From an uncultured candidate division Zixibacteria bacterium (GTDB lineage: Bacteria; Zixibacteria; MSB-5A5; UBA10806), in the NCBI GenBank assembly GCA_963817915.1, contig CAWFQL010000012.1:96001-160000 (forward strand): a stretch of 64,000 nt of DNA, given 5' to 3'. Every line of letters begins with the position of its first letter. The stretch's first letter is position 1. This document shows positions 1-10,521 of this stretch, in pieces. Below the pieces are notes generated by a model, which saw only the letters and a list, made by a program, of their open reading frames with translations, had not been told where the DNA came from and searched no databases. A program made the position numbers and the translations under genes.

Positions 1-1408
1 TTCTGCCGGTGAATTCATCGACAATCAAGACTTTGCCTTCCTGCACGACATACTCGACATCTTTTTCGAATAGCTGGTAGGCACGCAGAAGCTGATTGAT
101 GGCGTGATTTTTCTCCGACTTTTCACCATTGAGCGTATAGAGCTCTTCTTTTTTCTGATTTTTTTGAGCGTCAGTGAGTTCGGGATCGGAATCGATTTGC
201 ACTAATCCTTCGTTGATATCAGGGATTTCGAAAAGCTTCTGGTCGTCGGGGGCCATCATCTTCAATCCGATATCATTGAGATAGACCGTATGCTCTCGCT
301 CATCGATTGTGAAATAGAGCTTTTCATCAATCGTATGGAGAATTTTGTCGCGGCGAAGGACAAGCTCTCTTTGCTCGACATACTGCCTAACGCCTTTTTC
401 TTTATACAGTTTTATCAATCTCTTATTTCTCGGCGCGCCTCGATGGGCCAAGAGCAATTTTTCTGAGGCTTCCTCAACATTGCCTTCTTCGAGAAGCTTT
501 TCGGCATCGCCGATTAATTGCGCGACCATCTGGTTCTGCTTCTTGACTACATTGGCGACCAACGGCCTCATCTCATCGAATCTGAAATTGAGCGTCGATT
601 CCACCGGGCCCGATATGATAAGCGGGGTACGGGCTTCGTCTATAAGCACCGAATCGACTTCATCGACTATGGCATATGCGAAACCGCGCTGGACCTGATC
701 GATCGATCGTACCGACATATTATCGCGCAAGTAATCAAATCCGAATTCGTTATTGGTCCCGTAGGTAATATCGCAGGCGTATTGCACCCGGCGTTCCTCG
801 TTGTTCATCTCATTTTGGATACATCCGACTGTCAGGCCGAGGAATTCGTAGACTTTGCCCATCCACTGAGCGTCACGGCGGGCGAGGTAGTCGTTGACTG
901 TAACAAGATGCGCGCCGCGGCCAACAAGCGCGTTTAGATATAATGGCATGGTCGCCACGAGGGTCTTGCCTTCGCCGGTCGCCATCTCAGCGATTTTGCC
1001 CTGATGAAGCACAATCCCGCCGATAAGCTGGACATCGTACGGCACCATCTCCCATCTATATTCGATTCCGCTGACATCCCAGGTTTTACCTACCAGGCGG
1101 CGGCAGGCCTCTTTGACCATCGCGAACGCTTCCGGCAGGACTTCGTTAATTTTGACATCTAATCTTTGCTGATGCTCTTTTCTATATATCGCGGACTCCA
1201 TGGTTTCTTTGTCGAGCTCGGTGTCGAGCTGATCGAGGAGCGATTTGAATTCGGCCTTGAATTCTCCTGAACGCTGAGGAAACCACTCATCCGGCTTGTC
1301 ATGGAGCGTTTCGAAGATTTCGTTGATCTCATCGACTATGGGCCGGAGCTTTTTGACGTCTCTATCTGATTTATTTCCGAATATTTTTTCTAATGCATTC
1401 CCAAACAT
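1..1408 (-). CDS. secA: Preprotein translocase subunit SecA (5' part, runs off the window start)
   Basis: Manual minus-strand translation from ATG at 1408 ([20 protein letters not shown]) gives [16 protein letters not shown] and [20 protein letters not shown]. Start and window end are in the same frame. Absent from the ORF track because no stop is reached. Confidence 0.97.
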   Translation of the reverse strand, partial: MFGNALEKIFGNKSDRDVKKLRPIVDEINEIFETLHDKPDEWFPQRSGEFKAEFKSLLDQLDTELDKETMESAIYRKEHQQRLDVKINEVLPEAFAMVKEACRRLVGKTWDVSGIEYRWEMVPYDVQLIGGIVLHQGKIAEMATGEGKTLVATMPLYLNALVGRGAHLVTVNDYLARRDAQWMGKVYEFLGLTVGCIQNEMNNEERRVQYACDITYGTNNEFGFDYLRDNMSVRSIDQVQRGFAYAIVDEVDSVLIDEARTPLIISGPVESTLNFRFDEMRPLVANVVKKQNQMVAQLIGDAEKLLEEGNVEEASEKLLLAHRGAPRNKRLIKLYKEKGVRQYVEQRELVLRRDKILHTIDEKLYFTIDEREHTVYLNDIGLKMMAPDDQKLFEIPDINEGLVQIDSDPELTDAQKNQKKEELYTLNGEKSEKNHAINQLLRAYQLFEKDVEYVVQEGKVLIVDEFTGR

Positions 1409-1534
1409 GGTTAAGACTCCCTTGCTATGATCGAAGTATATGGAGATGTATATTCTGATTCAAGCGAAAAGTTGCAGGGCGGAAAACGGGGGATTACTCG
1501 CGCGGCCGATGGACTCACGCGGACGATGCTTTGC

Positions 1535-1554
1535 GTCGGGTAAGGCGACCCGAC
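1535..1554. repeat. Short GC-rich inverted repeat (REP-like or terminator-like hairpin)
   Basis: GTCGGGT-AAGGCG-ACCCGAC lies between the secreted-protein gene and secA. Confidence 0.5.
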
Positions 1555-1590
1555 ACCGTGAAAATATTATCCACTCCTTTTGTAATTAAT

Positions 1591-3102
1591 TTAGTATTCG
1601 CACCAGCCCGGTTCCGGGGCTGGGCCTCGTCCTTTGTAATAGTTGACCATGAAAGTAACATCCAAGAGATTCACAAGACAATCACCATTGGCGTCCGCCC
1701 GCAGGCGAGGTTCAGGAATTGGATCGGGATGGTATTTTATGTAGTTTACCAAATAGATCATGTCCAATCCGTTGGTCACGCCGTCTGCGTTAACATCGCC
1801 CGGGTAATAGCTTGAAGCTACTCTTAAGACATCGGTCAACACTTGTGTAGAGGTTTTAGGGTTTAGTATAATATCACGGCTGCCGGGGGTTTTGAATTTT
1901 CTAATATATGAATAATTATTTGATGCCCTGAATCTTAATATTTCATCCCAGGTATTATTCGCCGATGATCTCAAAATTACTACGTCGGAACCGATACATA
2001 ACGCTATTTCGGAATCGCTTTCCCCCGTAAAATTACCTACCACCATATCGTCATCGGAAAACCCAAAACCGCTAAATTCTTGCCTATAAACCAACTCAAA
2101 TCGGTTATCTCCCGTAGCTTCAAATATTGAGAAAGCCTTGCCTTCCATACCACCTGACGCGACCATAAATTCATTAATGCCGTCATGATCAGTGTCGCCG
2201 ATAAATTCGGTGGAATAGGCGCTTGGCCCCCCAGCATAATCCTGCCAGACGAAATCATATAAATCATTACCGATATTTTCGAATATGATAATTTCTCCAT
2301 GAATTCCCCCGGCAAATATCTCAATTCTGCCGTCTCCATCGAGATCACCCCAGCTTGGCTCGCCTACATAGTCATTAACATAATCACCGAATCTAATCGC
2401 GGCCTTATATTCAAATTCATGTTGGTCATTAATGCCGTAAATTTGATATCCAACCCATGTTCGGCCATTAGGATAAAACATTATTTCGTCTAAACCATTA
2501 TTGTCTATATCGCCTAATTTCTGGTTAATGATGCAATAGCAGTTCTGATTAATAAACCATATTAAGGAATCGGGATAACCGTAATAATTTGAGCTCTCAA
2601 AAAGAGATAATCCCGATTCACTATAAGTTAATAATTCCATAAAATTGTCACCATCAGTATCTCCAAATCCTCGGGGTACTACAGCGCCGATCGGGCCCAA
2701 ATTGATAATTTCAAAATTCCAAGGCGACGTAAGAGTGTCCAAATATAAATTCCCCATGTACCATCCATAAATCTCTTCAGTACCGGAGTGATTCAAATCG
2801 CCAGTTTCTATATCCGCGTACCAGGGCAAGGTTGTTAATCTTTCAAAATAATACCAGGGTCTTATGGAATCTTCAGTGGCAATTTCTGGCGGAGCAGGTT
2901 GATCATTATCCCGGCCGGATGGCCCTATCCAATAAGGCCTAATATACCCTGTTCTTAGGTCTTTAATCTCTATTCTATTGTTGTCCTGGCTGACAATCTC
3001 AAATCCCGGGGGGAAATCAATCGCCATCGCCATGACAGGAATCAGCCATATTATCAGAGCTTTCAGAAAGCCTCCAGTTGTCCGGGAAGTGATTTTATCC
3101 AT
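1591..3102 (-). CDS. Secreted FG-GAP-like repeat protein with C-terminal dockerin-like domain
   Basis: Signal peptide (KALIIWLIPVMAMA), repeated GDxDxDG Ca-binding loops, and a duplicated C-terminal motif GDVNADGVTNGLDMIYLVNY...ADANGDCLVNLLDVTFMVNY. The true start may be CTG at 3066. Confidence 0.8.
   Translation of the reverse strand: MDKITSRTTGGFLKALIIWLIPVMAMAIDFPPGFEIVSQDNNRIEIKDLRTGYIRPYWIGPSGRDNDQPAPPEIATEDSIRPWYYFERLTTLPWYADIETGDLNHSGTEEIYGWYMGNLYLDTLTSPWNFEIINLGPIGAVVPRGFGDTDGDNFMELLTYSESGLSLFESSNYYGYPDSLIWFINQNCYCIINQKLGDIDNNGLDEIMFYPNGRTWVGYQIYGINDQHEFEYKAAIRFGDYVNDYVGEPSWGDLDGDGRIEIFAGGIHGEIIIFENIGNDLYDFVWQDYAGGPSAYSTEFIGDTDHDGINEFMVASGGMEGKAFSIFEATGDNRFELVYRQEFSGFGFSDDDMVVGNFTGESDSEIALCIGSDVVILRSSANNTWDEILRFRASNNYSYIRKFKTPGSRDIILNPKTSTQVLTDVLRVASSYYPGDVNADGVTNGLDMIYLVNYIKYHPDPIPEPRLRADANGDCLVNLLDVTFMVNYYKGRGPAPEPGWCEY
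2993..3081. repeat. 89-nt direct repeat, copy 1 (copy 2 at 4519-4607)
   Basis: Three mismatches over 89 nt. Covers the GGAGG, the signal peptide and the first mature residues of both paralogues. Confidence 0.9.
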
Positions 3103-4688
3103 CTAAATCGTTTTGACACCAGCCTGGTTGCGGGAGCGGTCCAACGCCTTTTATGTAATTAACCAGAAAAGTGACATCTAAAAAATTAATTGTGCAATCG
3201 CCATTGGCATCCCCGCGCGCAAAAGGCCCAGGCAGACTCTGTATTCTTCCTTTCAAGTAATTGACCAGATAGACAACATCAAGACCGTTGACTTTGCCGT
3301 TGTCATTAACATCCCCAGGCAAAAATTCATCGGAAGTCTTTAAAATGCGGGTTTTCCAAGGAGGGCCTGAAACCGTATTTATTATAAAATCATTATAATT
3401 TTGATTAAACTTGCAGGGGAATAATTCTAGATATAAATCGATGTTTCTATAACGTGCGATCTCTCGCCAGTCATTATCTCCAAATGCCCTGATAATTGTA
3501 ATATTCCATCCCGTGCAAAGAGCAATTTCCCTATAGCCATTGCCGGTAAAATCGCCAACTACAATATCGCCATCTGAAGCCCAATATCTATTTATCCCCT
3601 GCCGCCAGGCTAATTGAAATTGGTTATCCGCTGCCAGTCGCCTCATAGATGGAAAAAACAATTCCCCCATATCCCCATATATCATTTCCTGCGACCATGA
3701 ACTCGTTTAATCCGTCTCCATCGGTATCGACAAGATATTCGGTGGAATAGGCATTGGGAGCCCCGGCGCTATCTTGCCAGACAAACTCAAAGGAATCATC
3801 TGCCACATTCTCATACATGATGATTTCGCCGTGAATTCCTCCCGCGAAGACCTCGTTTCTGCCGTCGCTATCTATATCCCCCCAACTCGGCTCACCGGTA
3901 TAATCATAAACATGATCGAAAAACCTGATCGCCGTCTTCCATTCGTAACTGCTGTCGCCATCAAATTCATATATCTGGTAGCCATAAGCCCTCTGACCGA
4001 AGTAAAGAAGAATTTCTCCAAGACCATCAGTATCTAAATCGCCTAATTTTTCATTCCTAAGGCAATGACAATCTTCATTTATACAAAAAAGCCTTCTTGA
4101 AAGGGGATAATCGTAGTATGCATCGCTCTCATATAAAATTATAGATGTATCCTGAACCGCAAGTAACTCCATTAGCCCATTGTTATTAGTATCACCAAAA
4201 TATTTTGGGCGGCCGATGTCTCCTAAATTACGCTCATTAAAAATCCATTCACCTGATAGAGTATCTAGGTATGTATTCATATCTGCCCACCCATAGATTT
4301 CCGCAATCCCCGAATGGTTTAGATCGCCGGCTACAGCATATCGATACCAGGGCAATTCCGCGACCTGGTTGAAGTAATACCATGGCCTGACAGTATCTTC
4401 GTCGTCCATCTGATCCAGCGTTATAGAATTTATATCGAAATTTGAGGGGCCGATCCAATATGGCTTAATATATCCAGTAAGCGTATCTCTCACCTCAATA
4501 CGATTGCCATCCTGTTTTACAATCTCAAATCCCGGCGGGATATCAATCGCCATCGCCATGACAGGAATCAGCCATATTAACAGAGCTTTCAGAAAGCCTC
4601 CAGTTGTTTGTATAAATTTAATAATCGACTCCCAAATTGTCAATATAAATAAAAGGAGCCCGGCAACCATACGCTGCAAGGCTCCCAC
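3095..4688 (-). CDS. Paralogous secreted FG-GAP-like/dockerin protein, frameshifted near 3635 (ORFs 3624-4688 and 3095-3685)
   Basis: The two ORFs align end to end with the 503-aa neighbour: FSIYEATG | DNQFQLAWRQ versus FSIFEATGDNRFELVYRQ. The true start may be CTG at 4592. Confidence 0.8.
4519..4607. repeat. 89-nt direct repeat, copy 2
   Basis: Matches 2993-3081 with three mismatches. Confidence 0.9.
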
Positions 4689-4707
4689 CTTTATCTTGAA
4701 AAAATAA

Positions 4708-6984
4708 CTATATCAATTTTCGCAGGATTTCGGCGATATCCCTGGCCTTCTGGAAACGAAGCTCCGGGTCTTTCACGATTGCCTTAGTAACAATCTTATC
4801 GAAAATCCGCGGGATATCGAGATTTATCTCTGATGGCAACGGCGGATTGGTATGCAATATAGAATATATCAAGGCCGATATGGTTTCGCCCTTGAATGGT
4901 CTCTCCATCGTGAGCAATTCATAAAATACAACACCAAGCGAGAATATATCGGAACGTCTATCTACCGGCATTCCCTTAAGCTGTTCGGGGGAGATGTAGT
5001 TGGGAGTGCCTAATGTCGTACCGGTCTGAGTCATCGACGCTGATTTATCGACTCTGGCTATGCCGAAATCCATGACCTTGATCTTGTTGGCTTCGAGTAC
5101 CATGATATTTGCGGGCTTGATGTCGCGATGGACAATGCCGTTCTCATGGGCGTAGTCGAGGCCGTCGCAGACCTGTATCATAATTTTCGATAATGTCCTG
5201 TAATCCCAGTCGGCTCTTCTCCTGATAATGCTTTCCAGAGTCTCGCCTTCCAGATACTCCATAGCGATATATTGGATAGGGCCTTCTTCGCCGGCATCGT
5301 AGATAGTAACGATATTGGGATGAGAAAGCTTTCCCGCAGCCTTGGCTTCGCGCGTCAACCGTTCTTTTAATTCACCAACATCGATTGAATCTGCTATCTG
5401 GTCAACACGAATAGTCTTCAATGCTACCAACCGATCGATTGCCGGATCAAGACCCTTATAGACCATGCCCATGGCGCCTTTGCCGATCGGGCCTATAACC
5501 TGATATCTTCCGAAATGATCCAATTCCTCCTCGGGCGCGACCGCTACGGATGAGCTCCGCTGAGATAATGGGCGAGTGGACTGGCCGCGATCTTGGCCTC
5601 TCTTTCCCGGCGTATTACCCGAATTACCTTTGAAATTTTTTGATTTTTGCCCTCGTGAATCTCCTTCGATCTCGAAAGCCGAATTATTCGATGACAACAA
5701 GGTTTCATAATCCACTTCCTCGTCATCTTCTTCATCCGCTTTTTTGTGGAATGATATCCTGCCGTCCATTCTAACAATAGGAGCGGCTATCATGAAGATC
5801 ACGATTTCAATAACCGGATACAAAGTCTTGGTTACGATATTGAATGATGAAAACAGTACATAATTGAGATTCACTATAACGATCATGAAAATTACCAACG
5901 CGGCGACTCGTAATAATAATGATATCTTGGGCAATACAAATGCCCCGAAAAGACCTATGATAAGTATTATCGCCAGGTTGATATTGATATTTCCGCTGGC
6001 TCCCTTTAATAAATTGCCATGTATGATATTTTCGATAATATTCGCCGAGATTTCAGCGCCGTTTATTCTCTTCGACGATGGCGATGAAAAAAGATCCGGC
6101 GTGCCAAATGCGGTATAGCCAACGATGACAAGCCTGCCGCTCAACTCGTTGGGAGCGGTCCTTTTATTCATGATATCGGAAGCCGAATAATATTTGAATG
6201 TGTTCTCGGGCCCGTTGAAATTGATTCTGATTCGTCCCTTTGAATCTGTCGGGATTTCTCGTTGTCCCAATACCAACCCTTTGCCAACCTTAATTCTCAG
6301 TTCAGATTGCCTGAGATTATAGAAATGAGCGACAGCTTCTACTTGAGCCGATGGGAAAAATTCGCCTCTATAACCGATAATTAATGGTTGCCAGCGGATA
6401 ATCTGGTCAGGGTCTGGATCGTGATTGTTAAAACCCAATCCGGCGGCAGAATCGACAATGCCTGCCTCGGGAATATTAATCATTGACGCCGCTTCGGGAG
6501 GGTATTTGGCAAATAATGAAGGGTCATCAATTGATGAGATAACATTCTCCGCGAAACCTGCCGGCAAAAATCGTCCGGCGCCCGGTGTCGCATTTTTCGA
6601 ATAATCATATCCGAGAACAACATTCCCGGCGGCGGCCAGGGCGTGGGGAAGAGAATCAATTTCCGTAGAATCAGATTCGATTTTGCTTGATGGTAATGGT
6701 AAATCGAGAAGAATTGTTTTTGGATTCTGCGCCGCAATGGCATCGATCAGTCCCGCGATTTTATCATTTTTCCAGGGCCAGATACCGAATTTATTCAGGC
6801 TGGGGTCATCAACCGCGACTATAACTATATCCTGCGGAGTTGGGCCCTGCCCTCGCAAACGGAACATATAATCCTGAATCGCCAATTCGACTTTTTCAAA
6901 GTTGTTATGATGGTCGAGATATAGGCTTAAAACCAGAACTGTAATCAATATATATAGAATGAAGCCTGAATATTTTTTCAACAT
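4708..6984 (-). CDS. CHASE2 sensor domain plus membrane-anchored Hanks-type Ser/Thr protein kinase
   Basis: CHASE2 motifs (IVIVAVDD..L..G.WPW, D.D.IIR, INF.GP), three TM helices, then kinase motifs GKGAMG, VALK, HRDIKPAN, DFG and GTPNYISPE. Likely start is ATG 6984; the ORF extends to 7062. Confidence 0.93.
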   Translation of the reverse strand: MLKKYSGFILYILITVLVLSLYLDHHNNFEKVELAIQDYMFRLRGQGPTPQDIVIVAVDDPSLNKFGIWPWKNDKIAGLIDAIAAQNPKTILLDLPLPSSKIESDSTEIDSLPHALAAAGNVVLGYDYSKNATPGAGRFLPAGFAENVISSIDDPSLFAKYPPEAASMINIPEAGIVDSAAGLGFNNHDPDPDQIIRWQPLIIGYRGEFFPSAQVEAVAHFYNLRQSELRIKVGKGLVLGQREIPTDSKGRIRINFNGPENTFKYYSASDIMNKRTAPNELSGRLVIVGYTAFGTPDLFSSPSSKRINGAEISANIIENIIHGNLLKGASGNININLAIILIIGLFGAFVLPKISLLLRVAALVIFMIVIVNLNYVLFSSFNIVTKTLYPVIEIVIFMIAAPIVRMDGRISFHKKADEEDDEEVDYETLLSSNNSAFEIEGDSRGQKSKNFKGNSGNTPGKRGQDRGQSTRPLSQRSSSVAVAPEEELDHFGRYQVIGPIGKGAMGMVYKGLDPAIDRLVALKTIRVDQIADSIDVGELKERLTREAKAAGKLSHPNIVTIYDAGEEGPIQYIAMEYLEGETLESIIRRRADWDYRTLSKIMIQVCDGLDYAHENGIVHRDIKPANIMVLEANKIKVMDFGIARVDKSASMTQTGTTLGTPNYISPEQLKGMPVDRRSDIFSLGVVFYELLTMERPFKGETISALIYSILHTNPPLPSEINLDIPRIFDKIVTKAIVKDPELRFQKARDIAEILRKLI

Positions 6985-7189
6985 AAATCCAAAACATCCC
7001 CTCCCATCAAGGGCACGGAATAATTTTCGGTGTCTGCGCCTGTCAGCAACGTTCTTCCCCACTAATTAAATCGTCATAAATGCTCAAAGATTTAGCAATT
7101 AAGGCAACTATTTTGCCTTATTATTAAGGCGAGAGATGATTATAAAAAATAAGTGGTTGTATTAGATTAATATAAAGGAATATCAGGGA

Positions 7190-7918
7190 TTATCTGCCTA
7201 CCGCAAGCCTATCAATCAGGTATTCGGGCAGGCCGATTTTAGCCATGCTTTGCTGAGTGGATTTAATATCGTAAGCGACTCTCTTGAGCGTGACCGTATT
7301 TAGCTTATTGTCATAAATAAGATAACAGCTTCTGGGATCGCCATCGCGGGGCTGTCCCACTGACCCAATATTTATCAGATATCGACGTTCGGGCTTGATC
7401 GGTTCAACTGTCTCTTTTGAGAGATCGGCGGCCTGGTTTTCATCAACCGAGACTATATATGGCCTGTGTGTATGGCCTACTATACATATTTTTTGTTTGA
7501 AAAATTCGAAGTTTTCCTTGGCATCTTCCATATCGAGAATATAATGCCACCGCTCTGGTTCTTTCGGAGACGCGTGAACCAATAGCATATCGCCGAGTTC
7601 GTAAGAAATCTCGAAATTGGACATTACTTCAATGGTCTTTTTGGAAATTGAATTTTTGGTCCAGCCCATCGATTCGGCGGCGTATTGATTGAAGAAATCC
7701 GTATCCATAAGTCCAAGCGCCGCATAATCATGATTGCCCATCAATTTGATCTCGGCAATATCCTTGATCAGGCGAACACACTCGTCTGGATTGGGGCCAT
7801 AACCGACAGCATCACCCAGAAAAAATAATTTATCAATTTTTTCGGAACGGAAATCTATGATGCAGGCCTTTAGGGCCTCCAAGTTGGCGTGAACATCAGA
7901 AAAAAAGCCGTATTTCAT
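7190..7918 (-). CDS. Calcineurin-like metallophosphoesterase
   Basis: Motifs SDVHAN, LGDAVGYG, GNHD, GHTH and NIGSVGQPRD. Confidence 0.92.
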   Translation of the reverse strand: MKYGFFSDVHANLEALKACIIDFRSEKIDKLFFLGDAVGYGPNPDECVRLIKDIAEIKLMGNHDYAALGLMDTDFFNQYAAESMGWTKNSISKKTIEVMSNFEISYELGDMLLVHASPKEPERWHYILDMEDAKENFEFFKQKICIVGHTHRPYIVSVDENQAADLSKETVEPIKPERRYLINIGSVGQPRDGDPRSCYLIYDNKLNTVTLKRVAYDIKSTQQSMAKIGLPEYLIDRLAVGR

Positions 7919-8610
7919 TATGCTCTATTTTCTATAAACCTGTAAAACGTCTTTCCTACCTGGATGATATCATCATTCCTAAGCATGCGGCGATCGATAT
8001 CCTCGCCATTTACCTTGGTTTTGCCTTTCTTGCCCAAATTGACCACCCAAAAGCCATCGTCTTCCTGCATAATCTTAGTCTGAATGCCGGATATAAACAT
8101 TCCCTTGGCCTTGATATTCGCCAATGATGATTTTCCGATAGTAACTACGTTTTTGTCGAGGACAAATTGCTCGACCTCTGAGCCTGCTTCGCCCAAAAGC
8201 AGCGAGGTCCCGACTTTGCCGGTAAGCTCTTTATTGCGCTGATCTTTTTCAATCAATTCTCGTTGCTTGCGAGTCTGAAGAACCATGGTACCATCCATCT
8301 CAAATGGCGCATTTTGTTTTTCAGGTATCGGGTGATACACTAGTGTGTATTTTCCGATATTAATTGAATCGTTTTCCTTAAGGATCTCTTCTGAAATACG
8401 GCGAGAATTTACGAATGTGCCATTTAGACTTTCGTTATCGATTATGACCGCCTGATTGTCATTAAATTCAATCTGGGCATGTCTCCGAGATACGCCGCGG
8501 TTATCAAGAGTGATGTCATTATCAGGAGTGCGCCCGATTGTCACCCTTTTCTTTTCAGTGATAAATTTCTCGATGATTTTGTCTTCATATTTGACTATTA
8601 TTTCAGGCAT
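7918..8610 (-). CDS. Tandem FHA domain protein
   Basis: First FHA: IGR...VSRRHA...SLNGTFVN. Second, degenerate FHA: TIGKS...KTKVNG...LRNDDIIQVG. GGAGGAG SD precedes ATG 8610. Confidence 0.92.
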   Translation of the reverse strand: MPEIIVKYEDKIIEKFITEKKRVTIGRTPDNDITLDNRGVSRRHAQIEFNDNQAVIIDNESLNGTFVNSRRISEEILKENDSINIGKYTLVYHPIPEKQNAPFEMDGTMVLQTRKQRELIEKDQRNKELTGKVGTSLLLGEAGSEVEQFVLDKNVVTIGKSSLANIKAKGMFISGIQTKIMQEDDGFWVVNLGKKGKTKVNGEDIDRRMLRNDDIIQVGKTFYRFIENRA

Positions 8611-8716
8611 AGACTCCTCCCCCAATAGGGCGCGATAGAAATTTGGGCAAACTAACCTTAATTGTCAATCAAATGTTTCTTGAAGCCAGAATCGTCTTGC
8701 TGGTCATCCGAGCTTC

Positions 8717-9736
8717 ATGTATATTGTCGGAATGATGCAGCCAAACTTTAAGGATTCCCGGGCAATCATATATGCCCCAATGGCAGGCATAAGCGACTCA
8801 CCGGCAAGAAGAATCGCTCGAAAATTTGGTGCTGATTTCACTTTTTCCGAACTTATTTCGGCAGAAGGTTTTATAAGGGGTGGGCGACAATCCATTAACC
8901 TCGCCAAATTTGATTATACTGAGAGACCAATCGGATTGCAGATTTTTGGTTCCAATCCGGAATCTATGTCTTTGGCAGCCAGAATCTTAGCTCAGCAGAA
9001 CCCGACTTTTATCGATATAAACTTTGGCTGTCCGGCCCGCAAAGTGGTCGATAAAAATGGCGGCAGTTCAGTTTTGAAAAATCTAGAACTCCTGAAAGAG
9101 ATAGTAGACAAGGTAATTTCGGCGGTCAAAATCCCCGTAACTGTTAAAATGCGTGCGGGTTGGGATGACGATTCGATCGTTCACCTAAAGGCTGGGGAGA
9201 TAATTGAATCGTGTGGGGCATCGGCAATTGCTCTTCACCCAAGAACCAGGGCGCAGGGATTTTCAGGGAAAGCCGATTGGTCGTTGATTAGAGAATTGAA
9301 GAATGCGGTCAAAATCCCTGTAATCGGAAATGGCGATATTGCAGGCCCGGAAGATGCATTAAGGATGTTCAATGAGACCGGATGCGACGCCGTCATGATT
9401 GGACGGGCTTCTATTGGCAATCCATGGATCTTCAATCAGATAAAATTCTATCTAAAGAATGGTGAATTACTTCCTGCGCCCAGTCCCAGAGAGAGGATTG
9501 AAATGGCGTTCGAGCATCTCGAAATGCTGATAGATGAAATCGGTATCATGCCGGCTATTTATAAAATGAGAACTCATTTTTGCTGGTATATGAAGGGCTT
9601 GCCGCAGATTTCCTCGGTACGAGCCAAGCTGGTGCGTTTGAATGAAGCCAACGAGATCAGGAGTCTTTTATTGGAATATCTCGATAAGCTTGAAACCATA
9701 GCAAGCTCAGAAGATCAAGAACTTGTCGCCGGATAA
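8717..9736 (+). CDS. dusB: tRNA-dihydrouridine synthase DusB
   Basis: APMAGISD, IDINFGCP, VTVKMRAGW, HPRT, GNGDI and VMIGRA.IGNPW. Confidence 0.93.
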   Translation: MYIVGMMQPNFKDSRAIIYAPMAGISDSPARRIARKFGADFTFSELISAEGFIRGGRQSINLAKFDYTERPIGLQIFGSNPESMSLAARILAQQNPTFIDINFGCPARKVVDKNGGSSVLKNLELLKEIVDKVISAVKIPVTVKMRAGWDDDSIVHLKAGEIIESCGASAIALHPRTRAQGFSGKADWSLIRELKNAVKIPVIGNGDIAGPEDALRMFNETGCDAVMIGRASIGNPWIFNQIKFYLKNGELLPAPSPRERIEMAFEHLEMLIDEIGIMPAIYKMRTHFCWYMKGLPQISSVRAKLVRLNEANEIRSLLLEYLDKLETIASSEDQELVAG

Positions 9737-9767
9737 ATCATAGATACTGCCAGAGACCAACTATATA

Positions 9768-10520
9768 ATGAATCAAAACAATGTGAAAAAAATTCTCGAT
9801 AGTGTTGCCAATGGCAAATTGTCAGTGGAAAATGCTATCAAGAAATTATCGATAATATCATTTGATGATATAGGTTTTGCCAAGCTCGACCATCACAGGC
9901 TTATGAGAACAGGTATCCCGGAAGTCATTTTTGCCCCGGGGAAGACCGACGATCAGATCGTAAAAATCGTGGGGAAGATGATCGATGCCGGTTCTGATAT
10001 TATTATTTCGAGGGCCGAAAAATCGATATTCATCAAACTTCGCACCAAATTCAAAGGATTATCGTATAACGAGACAGCAAAAATGATTCTGAGAATGCCG
10101 AAGAAAAAGAAGCAATTGGATAAGCATATTGTTGCTGTTATAACGGCAGGGACGTCTGATATAAGGGTGGCGGAAGAGGCCGCGGTGACATTGGACGCGT
10201 TCGGCGCGAGAGTGGAAAGGATTTTCGATGTTGGAGTCGCGGGTATTCATAGGCTTTTCGCGCAGAGCGATAAAATCCGCGAGGCCGATGTTATTATTGT
10301 TGTCGCTGGCATGGAGGGCGCGTTGGCTTCGGTTGTTGGCGGGCTGGTTACCGCACCTGTTATCGCGGTGCCGACATCGGTAGGCTACGGGGCATCTTTC
10401 GGGGGGCTGGCGGCGCTTTTGGCAATGCTGAATTCGTGCGCGCCTGGTGTAACAGTGGTCAATATCGATAATGGATTCGGGGCTGCCATGGCTGCATTGA
10501 AAATGGCTAAGATTAGATAA
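9768..10520 (+). CDS. larB: Nickel pincer cofactor biosynthesis protein LarB
   Basis: AKLDHHR..RTG.PEV.F..GKT, AGTSD..VAEEA, DVGVAGIHRL, VAGMEGAL and VVNIDNGFGAA. Confidence 0.95.
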   Translation: MNQNNVKKILDSVANGKLSVENAIKKLSIISFDDIGFAKLDHHRLMRTGIPEVIFAPGKTDDQIVKIVGKMIDAGSDIIISRAEKSIFIKLRTKFKGLSYNETAKMILRMPKKKKQLDKHIVAVITAGTSDIRVAEEAAVTLDAFGARVERIFDVGVAGIHRLFAQSDKIREADVIIVVAGMEGALASVVGGLVTAPVIAVPTSVGYGASFGGLAALLAMLNSCAPGVTVVNIDNGFGAAMAALKMAKIR

Positions 10521-10521
10521 T

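Noticed and set aside
345..937. Plus-strand ORFs 345-698 and 518-937, and the many similar short ORFs in the track
   Set aside because: They are antisense or alternate-frame shadows of secA and other well-supported genes, with no recognisable motifs.
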